This document shows, piece by piece, positions 35,001 to 47,700 of a stretch of 64,000 bases of DNA (positions are counted from its first letter, which is position 1; the number at the start of each line of letters is the position of its first letter). The notes below the pieces were generated by a model. That model worked only from the letters and a program-made list of their open reading frames with translations, did not search any database and was not told the origin of the DNA. The stretch comes from Marsupella aquatica (taxonomy: Eukaryota; Plantae; Marchantiophyta). The stretch covers positions 882,917 to 946,916 of the forward strand of contig OZ316892.1 in the NCBI GenBank assembly GCA_973895155.1, written 5' to 3'. The position numbers and the translations under genes are program-made.

Positions 35001-35387
35001 GACGAGCAACACTTGAGCCGAAACAAGTTTGCTCGGAGGTGGCAAGGTCCGTATGTGGTGGTTGCTGTTCATGCGAATGCGACCTACACTATTCGGGAGT
35101 TGGATGGAACGGTTCACCAAGTACCTTACGCAGGGAAAAGGGTGAAGATCTTCAAGAGGAGGACCGAGAAGGGAATGGACTCAAGTTCCGACTTGAGTGA
35201 ATTTGAAGATGAGGCATTGGTCCAGGCGCATCCGTTGGACTTGAGTTTTGAAAGTGGCTTGACTGGTTCTGATTCGGATGAGTTGGACTTCAAGTTTCTG
35301 GAAAGTGGAGTGCCTAAGGCCGAGTCTGAAGGCTTTGGGTTTGAGTTTCTTCAGGAGGAACTGGTCCAGGCGCATGGCTCGAGTTAG
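32045..35387 (+). pseudogene. pol: Gypsy ORF2 pol (RT, RNase H, integrase), disrupted
   Basis: KYKTVDKKVRP, LPQGATNSVAHMQ, FIDD, RNase H DVSPF..GW and NPVADMLS, integrase H..GH..CEIC and RADRGE; stops and frameshifts. Confidence 0.92.
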
Positions 35388-35456
35388 GACTCAGACTTAG
35401 AGGAAATCTGATCGATTGGAGTAGACCGGAGGCTGCTCAGGTTTACTGAGGGAGGA

Positions 35457-36307
35457 TGTCGTGCCGAAAGATTTCGGCTTAGGAATGGCTTTTATAGGGG
35501 ATGATGGGCGAGGCCTCCCGGTTGGGTTGCGTGCATGCTGACTTGGAGGGGTTGCTTGGTTGGATGGATTGAGGTTTGGTGATTGGGTGACTCATCGTCA
35601 CCAGGTTTGGTGTTTGGGTGAGTCACTAGGCTTGGAGTTTGGATGAGCCTCGTTGTTGGCAGCTGGCTCAGGCTGGATGGTTGAGTTTCCGATGCTACTT
35701 AAGACTTGAGCCTCGGCTCATTGAGGTTGGCAGTTGTCTATTGAGGTCTGTTGAGTAGCGTTCTGTGAGTTCCGCTCCGTTCTGCAGATCTCGACTGTTG
35801 TGCGACGGTTTTGGAGTTCTGAGTGAGTTTTCAATCCAGGTGGGGAGTTTTCGATCTAGGCGGGGAATTTCTTGAGTCTGGAGTCTCAGCGATCCAGGTG
35901 GGGATTTCTCAAGTTTGGAGTCTTGTCGATCCAGGCGATGATTTCTTGAGTTTGGAGCCTCGTTGGTCCAGGCGAGAGTTTCGTGTGAGCTGTTTTAGAC
36001 TAGTGAAGTAGCTAGTCGAGTTTTGGTTTTGTGAGCTAAGGAGAATAGTTTTTCCATCAGATTTTGAGTAGTTAGTCACTCGAGGAGTTCTACTCGACAA
36101 GTTAGAGGTAGCGGCCCGCCTTAGGGCCAGCTACCAGACTCTTGCAGGCAAGCTTACTCGAGGGCACCTATTGTAACCTTTGTGAGAAAAGTAAAAAAAT
36201 ATAAAGGAGTGAGAGTTTCGCTCCAAAAAGTGCTTGTCACCTATCCCGATCGCAGCCAAAAATGCGTAGTTTGCCCAAGGAGCCCCTAACTTTAAGTCCT
36301 CACGACA
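35457..36307 (+). repeat. 3' LTR of Gypsy element
   Basis: Follows the PPT; ends CACGACA followed by TSD ACGT. Confidence 0.95.
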
Positions 36308-36377
36308 ACGTGCAGTCCATTTGCTCGTATATCTCTAAAACTGAGGAGATTACGGGTTTCATTCGGGGCAAAGATAA

Positions 36378-38274
36378 TGTTGTGAGATATAGAACAACTG
36401 ATACTTCGTTCCCTTCCATATCCTTACATATAGGCTATCTAATAGCCAGGCGGTTAGACAGTTAGTGTGGTCTAACCTGAGTAGGCATAAACCTAGTTAA
36501 CTTCATGTATGGTCTGGTTAACTCGGGTTACAACACTCCCCCTTGGGTGTAACATGACCCGGGGAGAAAAAAAGAATGTTGCACCCACCTCTAGCCTACT
36601 CTAAATGTGAAATGTGTATTACCTTACAGCCGAATGTTCTCAGGTGAGAGACATTTGGTATGGTCCACTGAATGTGATGTACCACTGTCTACTATGCAGT
36701 GAGAAAAATTGTCTTTTATATTAGAATCAGGTGTGGTGTTTAATGTGACCATATGTATAGATGGTATGATCTCCGTAGATTCTAAAAAGGTCCCATACGT
36801 CTTAGGTTCATTTTGTGCAGTGCTCTTCTTGTATAGTTGCACCAGGTGTGCAGGTGTACGGCATAATTTTTGAATGTGGCCTTTAGTGCCACAACGAAAA
36901 CAGGTAGAGGGGTTTTCGTATTTATCTCTTTGAGTGCTTTGTTGTTGATTTGTCCTCGCTCGGGGTTGATAGTTGCCTCGCTGCCAATTGTTTCTGAAGT
37001 TATCGTCGGTGTTTTGGTATCTTCCCCTGGATCTGCCTCTGAAGTTGTTGCTTCTGCCTCCGCGCCCTCTGAAAGAGCTACCTCGGCCTCTGTATGTGGT
37101 TCTCCCCTTAAACTGCCTCGACCACGGTAAGATGAGCCCTCTCCCCTTTGGGTTGTAACATAGTGGGAATCTGGATTTGTGACTGGAGAGTATCAGGGGG
37201 TTGTTTTTGGGAATTCTGCAATAGCAATAGCTGGTGCTTTTCAGCCAGGAGCATATGGGCAATCAACTCGGAGTATTATGTGAATCGCATATTGCGATAT
37301 TGGGTAGAGAGAATGAGATTTGTAGAGTGAAGGGTAGAGAGCATTTTCTCAATCTGTTCGTCATCATTAACGGGGTGGCCACATATGGCCAATTGGGATA
37401 CAATCCGAAATAATTTGCAATTGTAATCCGCGATTGTTTTATGGTTTTGGACCCAGAGATTTATCCAATCGTGTCTGGCCGCAGGCAGGTGTATGGTACG
37501 CGTGTGGTCGAAACGTGATTGAAGTGCGTCCCAAAGGACTCTCGGATTATATTCGTTCATGTACTGTCGCTTCAAGGAGTCACTCAAATGGTGTCGAATT
37601 AGTATCAATGCCTGCGCTTTTTGCTGAAGTGTTTGGCCATTGTCAGTTATTACTGTATCCTGTAGATTCTTTGAAGTTAGGTGAGCTTCAGCATCGAGCG
37701 TCCAGGACAAATAGTTGGCACCATCGATGCTGAGTGGTTGAAATAAGAGTTTCTCCATAGAATTCTTTGACATATTGCAAGATTCTAGTGGTATAATTTC
37801 TTGTTGGTAAGCACAAGGTTGCAATTGTATTTTGGGTGTCAAATCTCAATTTCATTCCATTGTTGAAATTTGAGAAAGAGGAAATGGAATTGCAAATTGT
37901 AGTTGGTGAATTGTAATTTCTTATCTCAATCGTCCAATTCGTCCAATGTGTAATCTCAATTTATAACATTCCATCCCCCTTGATTGATCTGGCCACCGCT
38001 GCACCTTTGCCTGCCATCAATCCTTTCCTAAAAGGTTGCCAATCTATCTCAAGAGAAGAAAAAGAGAGATGATTTAAAAAAAAAGTTTGATTCGAATCAG
38101 CATCGTGCTAATAACGTGTTATGAGATATAGAACAACTGATACTTCATTCCCTTCCATATCCTTACATATAGGCTATCTAATAGCCAGGCGGTTAGACAG
38201 TTAGTGTGGTCTAACCTGAGTAGGCGTAAACCTAGTTAACTTCATGTATGGTCTGGTTAACTCGGGTTACAACA
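36378..38274 (-). mobile_element. Non-autonomous gag-only LTR element (TR-GAG-like, Bianca-related)
   Basis: 158-bp LTRs 36378-36535 and 38117-38274, TSD gataa/gatag, Bianca-type PBS at 38103-38116, PPT (ctccccct on +) at 36536; gag and only the start of protease (CIVDSGTSH). Confidence 0.9.
36624..37772 (-). pseudogene. gag: gag of the TR-GAG-like element
   Basis: FQPLSIDGANYLSW, LPAARHDWINL, CFRCGTKGHIQKLC knuckle; one stop and a frameshift. Confidence 0.85.
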
Positions 38275-39600
38275 GATAGCAGATTCTATGTGGATTTTTG
38301 TACCCTATGGGAGTCTAATAGAAGCTGGGCTGAAGCCCTCTTCTATTTGGCTAGGACCATTGATAGTGGTCAGTGATCTACGTAAGGGTGTTATCTTGTA
38401 GAAAAGGTGTCTATCCCGGAGGATAGTATGCGTAGTTGCACTATCTATAATGCATGTGCTAGGGCTATTTAAGTTTGGGGTTGTGGATCTGCCCGCCACT
38501 AAATGTGCCTCGGGTTGCACAAGTGTATCGGAAAAGTCTTGAAATAGGTCGCTGGACTCCATAAACGCCCCGTGGGTCTCATGGGGTGGTGCCCTAGAGG
38601 TTTGTCCATCCTTGAGGGACTGTTGATATAGGTCTCTAAGGTATTACGGGATTCTGCAATTTCTTGCTAGGTGGTTTGTCATGCCGCATTCATGGCATTT
38701 TGGGCGTTCCCATTGTTGTTGGGATTGTGACCAATCATTTCTTTGGTTGTTGTTATATGTTCTCCCACCGCCGCGTCCTCCGCATCCACCGCATCCGCCA
38801 CGTCCTCTACGTCCTCTACGTCCTCTAAGGGGCCGTCGGAAATTAAGTTGTGGGTGTTGGTTAAAGAAACTCCCCCTGTTGGGGGTGTTTCTCCGATTGC
38901 CATTACTGGTGCGCTTAATACCCTGCCTTGATGTGGAGGGTTCAACATTTTCTATATTATGGGTTTCACTCTGTGGTCCTGGGGTTAGTGTATCCGTAGG
39001 GCATTTTCTAGAGTTAACTAAAAGAAGCTCTTGGTTTCTTTCTGTTACTAGGAGGTGGGTGATGAGCTCTGAGTATTGCCCGAACTTCATATTCCGGTAC
39101 TGAGTTGATAGTAACACGTTCAAAGAGTGAAACATGGACAAAGTCTTTTCTAGCAAGTCCTTGTCGGCGACTGGCTCGCCACAGAGTGTAAGGGTTGAAG
39201 TGATTTTAAATAGCTCACTATTGTAGGTTGAAATGGATGTAAAATCCTGGACCCGTAGGCTTAGCCATTCTTGCCTGGCTCTAGGTAGTTCGACCAATTT
39301 TTGATGGTCGAATCGGGTCTGAAGCGCTGTCCATAGTTTGCGAGGGGTTCAAGAGAGATGCATGTATTGTCTTTGCAAGAACCTATGGATATGGCGTCTA
39401 AAAAATACTAGGGCCTTGGATTCATTGGCTTTGGTTAATGGGTCTGGTTGGGGTTCGCCAGCTAGTATGGGTTGAGCGATCCCTCTAGCGGGGAGTAGGG
39501 TTAAGGAGGTCAGTTTCTCCTTTAGGTTCATGGACCACTCGAGGTAATTGTTACCATCAATTTCTAAAGCTAGGAAAGTCAATTTCTCCGGGATGGCCAT
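38275..39600 (-). pseudogene. gag: Bianca Copia gag and protease
   Basis: FLALEIDGNNYLEW, LPRARQEWLSLRVQDF, CHECGMTNHLARNC, CIIDSATTHTIL. Confidence 0.88.
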
Positions 39601-40915
39601 CGGGGTGGTGGCTAGGTTCCTTTTAATGGCGATTGGGGCTTATGTTCTAGTAAGTATAGTAAAAATTGACAAAACACATTTATGCGGCATGCAAAGTGGG
39701 ACTGGGTGCAGAGAGCATGCAAATCTGGAATTCAATTTTAGGGTTTGCACTTAGGATTTAGGTTTTCCTTGTTATTTGGTTAACTACAAAGTTTCCTTTG
39801 TATTTGCTCTTTCCTTTGTTGAATTGTGCAGTAATAGAGTTTGTGCAGTTTGTGCAGTTATGAGTGATTATTTACTCGTGCCTTGGTTAAGTGCACATGT
39901 GGCTTTGTAAAATTAAGTTTTTTTTGTTATAGTATGCAGTTATGGAGGTTTTGTGGTTATTTGCACTTAGATGGTTAATTGCACAGTTTTCTTTGTATGC
40001 AGAAATTGCTTTGATGGATTGTGCAGTTAAAGAGGGTTTTGGACTTAGCCGCGTGTTTGCTGTTTTGTTGCATTTTTTTTCTTTGGTTTTTCTTCTTGGG
40101 GAGGTGCTTCGCGCGCACCTCACGGCTTTACCTTCGCTTCGTGTCAAATTGGATTCCCCCCAATCCACATCCTGCTCTTCTCGTCAATGGTGCTATGCTC
40201 AGGCATGAATTCTCATCTCAATCATTCTTGAAAGTAAGTTGTGACAGCATCAGCAGTTTTTGACTTCAGATTTAGATTTCTACTCGCTCTTTCTTCTCGT
40301 TTCACAATGTCTTCTTCCCTCTGACTTGATCGTTTTCCTTCTTTTCGATTCCACTCATTCTGCTATCGATCGCGCTGTGTAATAGGGGGTTCAATTTCCT
40401 CTTCTCCTGATCAATTGCTAAATGTTCTCATTTTTGTATGCTTTCATTTTCCTTCGCTTCCTATGTTCAATTTTCTTTTTGTTTCTCTCTTCGGCTTCAC
40501 TGTAGGATCAATCTGTGCGATTCCATTTTGCCTCAAGGTGTTTTCTTCTTTAATTGTACCCTCGGATCAATCTCTTTGATCTTCTTATGTAGTTTCTTCT
40601 ACTTTCTAGTCGCTCTTTCTTTCAATCAGTGAATTGACTTATTGCTGCCATTTTGCTTCGAATAAGTCTGAATCCTTTGCTGCTTCGTATGGCCTTTTGA
40701 TTTCCTCTTCTTTGAGTTTTCTTCTCTCTCCTTTGAAATCTGCCTACAATTATCGTGTAATTTTGATTTGATATTTCAGCCCTTCGGTCCTTATCATTCC
40801 TCGCCCGATTCTATGTGAGAGCTATCCACGTTCGATTCAATTCTTCAACATTCAATTCTATCCTGGCCTTCTCCTCAAAAAAAATTTACTGGTGAAGAGC
40901 TTCGTGCTGATAACG

Positions 40916-41029
40916 TGTAGGAATGTAAATGCCAATAACTGTGTATAGAGTCTTGAATGGTGTGTACATATAGTTGTGCCGGGTGACCGGCTGGTCCGGT
41001 CAACGGGTAAAGTCGGGTAGAGTCTAACA
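40916..41029 (-). repeat. Short 5' LTR of the Bianca element
   Basis: TG...CA bounded ~114 bp segment directly adjacent to the PBS (40902-40915); no partner LTR seen. Confidence 0.6.
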
Positions 41030-44000
41030 GTATTGTACTACTTCATGTTGTAATTTTGTATGCAAGTTTTTTAAGGAGCTCAAAGTAAGTATTTCGAGAG
41101 GTGTACCATACAAGGACCACAAGAAACCCTAGACATCAAGAGACTCGTGGGCAGGCCAGAGAGAGGTCCAACCACAACAAAGGACAACAAGAAACCCTAG
41201 ATTATTTGGAAGCTGGCGTGGGCGGTAGCGTTGCCTCTTCGTTGTACTCACTCCTGCCCTCAATCGATCTTTGGGAGCCCTTGTTTGATTCATGAGTTGG
41301 TTGGCAATGACAGGAGTAAGTTGAAGCATTTTGGTATAGCTCTGTGCAACATTATTCTGTGCTCTATTAATGAACACTCTGTCTCATTCAAGCCTTTTGC
41401 AACTAGTGTAGGTCAAATCATTTTTGCAAGCTCTCTCAAAGAAATCTCAATTTCACTCATACTTTGTCTTTTTTTCCCTACTACATTTGGTGAAAGCATT
41501 TTGTCACTGAGCTCAGCACACAAATCTTAGCTCAAGTGACCTACACCCTATTTGTGTCTCGGCCTTTTCAAACGGTTAGTGATATTTTTAGAAATCAAAA
41601 GGGTGAAGTGGGATGAAGGCAACATTGGACTTAAACAGGTAGTTTAGAAGTATTATGAACAATTTGTTATAGAGTCTTTCTTCAAATGTATAGTACTGTC
41701 AGCCCTTTAGTTGCAATTGCTAAATTGCTGAGAAGAGTAGCCATTTGCTTGGTTTATGTGATATATAGGCTCAGGGAGTAGTGTCTACCCTTACAGAGAT
41801 ATCAGACCATTTGAAGATTGTGGAGAATGTTTGGCCATCAATAGAGACTAAGATCAAGATTTCAAGGACATAGCCAGTCTTCTTCAAAGCCAAGGATCAA
41901 CCTTAAAGGAAGTACAAGTTGAACTGTGTGAGTTGTAGGCGATGCACACTGCTGGTAGGGTTGAGCATGCAATTGCACATCCTTATGAAGAGGCTGCAAA
42001 TATTGTGGAAGTTGTGGCTACAAAGAAGAGTAGTATGTGTCATCTGTCATCTATCATTGTATTTAGTGTAGTGAGAGTTTACTTGGGAATTTGAGGAAGA
42101 TTGGCAGGATGGTTCATATATAGAAGGTTTAGGTTCTGGACCCTCAAGGTTTGTTACATTGTGCATCAGGTGATCAGATTGAAGTGGCTACAGCAGATTC
42201 AAAGATTGTAGACTATGGTAAAACTATCATTGAGAGTAAGTAAATGATGGTTTGAAGGCACTATTTGGTTGGTTAATGTGATTGACTATGTATGCCATGT
42301 ATGTTCAATTAGTGCAAACTTGATGGTTTGTTTACAGCTTTAGTGCCTATATACTTAGTTTAAATGAAGGAATTTGTGGCTGCTATTGAGGTACAAAGCC
42401 AACACTGGAGGAGGTGTGCATACCAATTCCAAGATAAAAAACTAAATTCTACTATCATTTCTAAATTTATTAAAATACAAATTTTTCATAAGATAATGAA
42501 AATATATAGTAACTATAAAACTTGCAATTATGAAGAGCACGAGAAAATCTCAAACACTGTGCCCACAACAGAGAGGCATGGGCCAAAGGAGGTTATTGGT
42601 CATGGAAATGTCAGAATGATTTTTATTTTAAATCTAATCAAGGTACTTCCTTTGTTCAAACACATCTATGTGATGTAGTGGTTGACATGTCCAGTTTTGA
42701 CCATGAGGTCACGAGTTCAAATCAGACACCTCATAGTTTCTCTTTTCCCTTCAATTAATGGCAGAGACAAGGCGGCACAGAAATAAATAAACTTAAAGGG
42801 GTTCAATCAATTTCTACATTGAAAAATTAATTGGAATATTTATATGGGAGGTTCAATAATTTGCACATAGAAAAAAGTACAAGGAAGCCAGCCATCCGAG
42901 TCCCAAATTAAAATTAAAATAATCACCAAAATAAATTGGAGTTGGGAGACTGAAAGTGATGTACCATAAGGGGAAGTAGGAAAAAATACATTGATCTACT
43001 CTACCACTAAGCTTGGAATCACCTAGTGACACATCTGACTCACAACTAGTATTTAACCTAATGGGAACGCCAGACATAGGTGGGAGCAAGCAGCTAGGTA
43101 TTGCCCAATCATTGGGGATGAGCATTTATTAGCCTGGATGAGGGAGGGAGGAAAAGGGGGCGAGTGATTGATGAGAGACTCGCCTGTGTAATAAAACTGT
43201 AATAATGATTCGGCGGGACGCATATTCATGAGCGGATGGTACTGTGGTAGTCTGGTGGGAGAGGAGGTGGAGAGAATAGGAAGAGGAGTAATAATAAAAC
43301 ACGGACTGACTGAAAGGGCAGGGGAAGGACTACTGTGAGGGCCTAGTCGTCTAGAGCCCTAGATCCATATTCCATAGCCCCCTCTGACCCTTCTCCGCAA
43401 GTGCCCTGGGAGGCTGGGACTCTGGGAGAGTGGGAGTCTCGGACTTCATTATCATTTTCGAGCTGCATTGCATTGATAATCATCAATGCGCGAGAGCAGA
43501 ACGAAAGAAATCAAAGAATGATTCGAACGATGATAACACGACTGCAGGAGTAAGCGAAAGTTTGTCAGACAAGCGTGGTAGTCAGCGGCTGAGTCCCAAT
43601 TACGGGTTGCCAGGTCTTCGTGCTTGCAGTTTTTATTGTCAAATTTAAGATCTGCTTTCGAGGATCAAAAAGGAAAAAAGTGTGAGAGCGAGAGAATCGC
43701 CAGAATCGTGTGTCATCCATCATCGGGTCGTCGTCATCGAGGCCAGAGAGAGCAGTAGTAGTAGTGCAGTAGAGAAAGGAAGGGGGGGAGCGAGGGAGGA
43801 AGGAACTGAGGTACTATTACGAAGGTAGGGGAGAAAGCAGGAGCTCCGAGGTGGCGGCCCATGTAACATCTCCTGCTAGCGGGATATACGGCCTTCGGGA
43901 CTGCACGTTGGTTTCTGCTGAAGGGGAGGGAGCTGAACGAGCGGGAGCTGCAGGAGGTGGAGTGAAGGTGGCGTGAGTGCAAGCGAAGCTACAGCAATGA

Positions 44001-44779
44001 GACGAGGAGGCGACGACAAAGTGGAAATTGGAAAGCGGTAGGCGACACTGTGGCGGAGTATTGGCGGCCAGAACATTTCATTAGTTGTTTTCTATGAAGG
44101 TGCAGAACAGCATTGCATCCCACAAGCACCGTTGGTTTATCTTGCGCTGCCTGAGAGCATTATGAGCTGCAGCGCACTCGGAGCTATTTGATTTTGGCAA
44201 CGAGCATTGTTACTGTAGTAGGAAGCATTGGAACAGGTTTGGACGGGTGGACTTTGGTGGGAAACCTCGGACTGGGTGGCCCCGGACACTAATCTTGCAA
44301 TGGAGGGACGGTGGCGAGGAAGGCACACCCTTTCTGCCTGCTAGTGGCAATATTTACGAGGATTAGTGGCATCTCTCTTGCTCGGCCTTGAACGAGAAAC
44401 CTCGGACCTCCCGAAGAAGAAGCCAGCAGGAGGGCAAGTTAGTCATGCTGAGGAGAAGAACAGGGATGAGGACTGGACATTGTCCTCGGCTTGCAGGACA
44501 GGTACTAGAAGTGTCATGGTTGTAAGAATGTTGGAGGGATAGGGGAGAGAGGAGAGCAGGAGAGCAGGATAGAACTAAATGAGACGCACGCAAGCGAAAG
44601 TAGAGCAGTGGGTTTAACAGGAGGATATGCTAAAATGTGGAACTGGAGTTAGGAAGCAGTGAAGGAATGTGGGGGCAGTGTATTTGAGGCGCTCCTACGA
44701 AGGGTCGGGTGAGGTGTCTTCATCAGCAGGCAAACCGAGCTCCGCTTTCGTTTAGATGAGTTCGAACAGATTGGGCGGC

Positions 44780-47700
44780 ATGAAAGGCCGTTTACCGAAG
44801 ATATCCTGTCTGTTGTTCATCCACTGTGAGTTTGCTCACCGACTCCGGACGATATATTTGCTGCTGAGTTGTCCAGTTCTCTAATTTGTCTTGTCACCTT
44901 CTTACTCAACCTTCCCCCTCTTCATCACTCTGTGGTTCCTGTCGTGGGCTTCTCTTGTCACTTCCTTACTGAACCTCCTTCTGCTTCATGATACCGGGTG
45001 CATTTTTCGGTACTTTTTAAAGACCTTTGAGATGGGTTTTAAGTCTTCCTGGAGGCTTTATGCCGAAGCACTCACTATACCCTTCGTATTTTGAATATTC
45101 AGAAAGAGTTTGTGGCATCTATTGGTTGTCTTTTTGCATCTATGGGTTGTCTTTTTGCATCTATGGGTTGTCTTTTTGCATCTATGGGTTGTCTTTTTGC
45201 CTTCACCTCCGTCGCTCCGGTCTTTAGAAAATGTTCTTCCGTTGCCGCTCATCTTTGTGAACTGGAATGCTGAGGCACGGCCCATGGGTCCGGTTACACA
45301 TTCCTGCACTTAACAGTACATTCCAACGCCCTCATGTAGTCTGGTCGTAGTACGCACGGGTAGCCCTTCTTTTACAGTGACGTGGAAAAAAAGTAGTTAG
45401 TCGGGGCCGGAATGGTATTCGTCTGTAGCGGATGAGAATTTTGTCTTCTTACCTTTGTTTCGCTGTCATCCATTGCCTGTGCGCTAAGATTGCTTGAAGA
45501 ATTCTGCTATGCTCTTTCTAGTGAAGGGTCCTTGTACTGGAGTTTATTAGTTTTTGTAACTATAGTGGATAGACATCAGTGATGCTTTTGTCTGCCGTGG
45601 AAAGAATTGTATTCTTCCTATCTTTCAAGTTGTGCATGTAAACGATGGAGTGTTTGAATGCAGGGGCGCTGCTAGAATTGCCAGGATCAATAAATGCTGG
45701 CATCTCAGAGTCCATGTCAGAATATCACAACTTGAATAGTGCGGTCCTAGAGACACTTCCGCTACTTAAATCGAATGGGCGGCAACTACTTCAGCAAACT
45801 AGGAGTCCTGCTCCGGTTCTGTACCCTTCGCTGACCCCGGCTCCGACTCCGATTCTTTACCCGGTTCTGACCCCGGCTCCGACTCCGATTCTTTATCCGG
45901 TTCTGACTCCGGCTCCAACTCCATACTTCTATGCCCCTGGCCCTGCCCCAATGCCTTTTTTGTTCCCTAGTGATCCACCTGTGACCGTTCCATATTCTCC
46001 AGCTCCGGGGATTCTTACGATTCCTACAGGTGAGGAATAGACCATCAATACGGTCGTCTCCACTACTGTCCTGACTTTTTTTCTCCCACTAAATTAGCCC
46101 AGACACAGATGTCATGAATGGTTTTCCTTCTAGGCATCTGGTCCACCGTGTATTTAAGTAGGCATGTTGATTTTCTTTTGCCCTCAGTCACGAATGAGAA
46201 TAAACTTGATGTATTTTTGTCTCTAAGGTACGAGACAGAAGTTGTCTGTGCGAGAGAGGCTTTCTTATGTATATTCTAACGTAGGATCAAGAAATTTGTT
46301 TCTCTCGCTGGTTGATATCCCAAGTGGACAATATTAGACAATATTCGACAATATTCGACAATTTCTCCTGCTGTTTTAAAGAGTTATAAACGGAGTAAAG
46401 GTTATGTGAAGTACTCCACAGAAACATCAGTAACATCTTCAAGGGTCACTTGGTGTGGCCCTCGACAAAGGTCTAAATCGCACCTTGATTGCCAGTTGGT
46501 TGTATTCTTCCCTCATAAGAAGTTGTGGAATAGTGCAGGTAATTGTTCCGTCGACCTTGCAGCACTGGAGCCCACCATCTTCACAACGGCAACGGATTGC
46601 AGTTCTCCACTGGCAGTATATGTTGGAGTAGCCATGTGTTGTCCTCAGATTGAAAGTTTGTTGCGGATTGTACAAGGACAGCATACCGCAGCCACAGGTG
46701 CCCTTGGTCTAAACATCACAGACGCTGAGTACTGCTACTCTGAGGTCGCAAACATCATCAGTTCGAAAGGAACGAACAGCTCCTTGTTGTGCTCTGTTCA
46801 ACCAGCAAACTTGACTGTGGGTTCTTGTCCAGCGACGACGGTACAAGAATTTGAGCAGGTAGTGAACACGAGCTCGTTGTTACAGGCGTGTGAGAATATC
46901 GACACTTTAAGGGAATGCTCTTCAAAAAATTGCCAACATGAAATTGGAAATGCCACGTTGCGGTTGGCTGGAGGGCAGCTTGATGCAGTTGATGATTGCC
47001 ATTCGGTGGTCCTCTCCTGGGTGGCAAGTCACTCTCCACCTGAACAAGCCAACTCCAACCTTCGACTCTTGACAAGCTGTACTGTGAATAAAGGTGGTCT
47101 CTCACTTTTGGATTCATTACAGAGCTTATGCAGTCTGTGGAGCCATTTATCTGAGAGCCATTGTAGTTTATCTGCCCCTTTCCAAGCGACATATAGACCT
47201 TAACGAATGTTAGTTCCTGAGTCAATGGGTTTTGCGAGAGGGATGTAGTGGGTTGGGGTTTAATGTTTGACTTTGTTGTCAAGCTTGATGATTTCTGAAA
47301 GAGTTACTTGCTTCAAACACTTGAATGATTAGAATGGCGATTATTAGTAGCCGCCAATCTAAGGAGCTACCAGACGGTGAAAGGAATGTTTGATAGCGCT
47401 GCTATATCCACTTGCGCTTAGGCTAGTTAGTCTTGTTTGGTGCTGTCGTACTTATCACCAGCCGCATAGGAGGAATGCTGATGTGTGGTGGTTTCATGTC
47501 AACAGAATGTCCTCTTGTTTTCAATGATACCTCTTCAGTAGCAAAGGCGTGCAACTCTTCCACACTCAATATCACTTGTTGTGAAGGCCTTTCACTCTAC
47601 ATGCAAAATAAATTGCAAACACAAATGCTCGTGACAAATCAGCAGGCTTACACGTGTGCCGAAAACTTTGGACTAGACTTAGAGCGTCAGAATGTCACGA

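Larger units (their letters stand above)
28754..36307 (+). mobile_element. Full-length decayed Ty3/Gypsy LTR retrotransposon nested in the Bianca element
   Basis: LTRs 28754-29583 and 35457-36307 (TGTCGTG...CACGACA), 4-bp TSD ACGT, PBS tggcgaccatactaggga, PPT gagggagga, order gag-PR-RT-RH-IN. Confidence 0.95.
25260..41029 (-). mobile_element. Bianca-lineage Ty1/Copia element, decayed, carrying two nested insertions; 3' LTR not found
   Basis: Short 5' LTR about 40916-41029; Bianca-type PBS cgttatcagcacga; gag, PR, IN, RT, RH; RNase H tail KHIAPKFFYTHEL typical of Bianca; left boundary approximate. Confidence 0.85.

Noticed and set aside
43400-44779. Separate gene upstream of the SPARK gene
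   Set aside because: Purine-rich low-complexity sequence without coding signature; more likely promoter or long 5' UTR
45027-45313. Overlapping small ORFs in the SPARK gene intron
   Set aside because: Produced by a stop-free 21-bp tandem repeat
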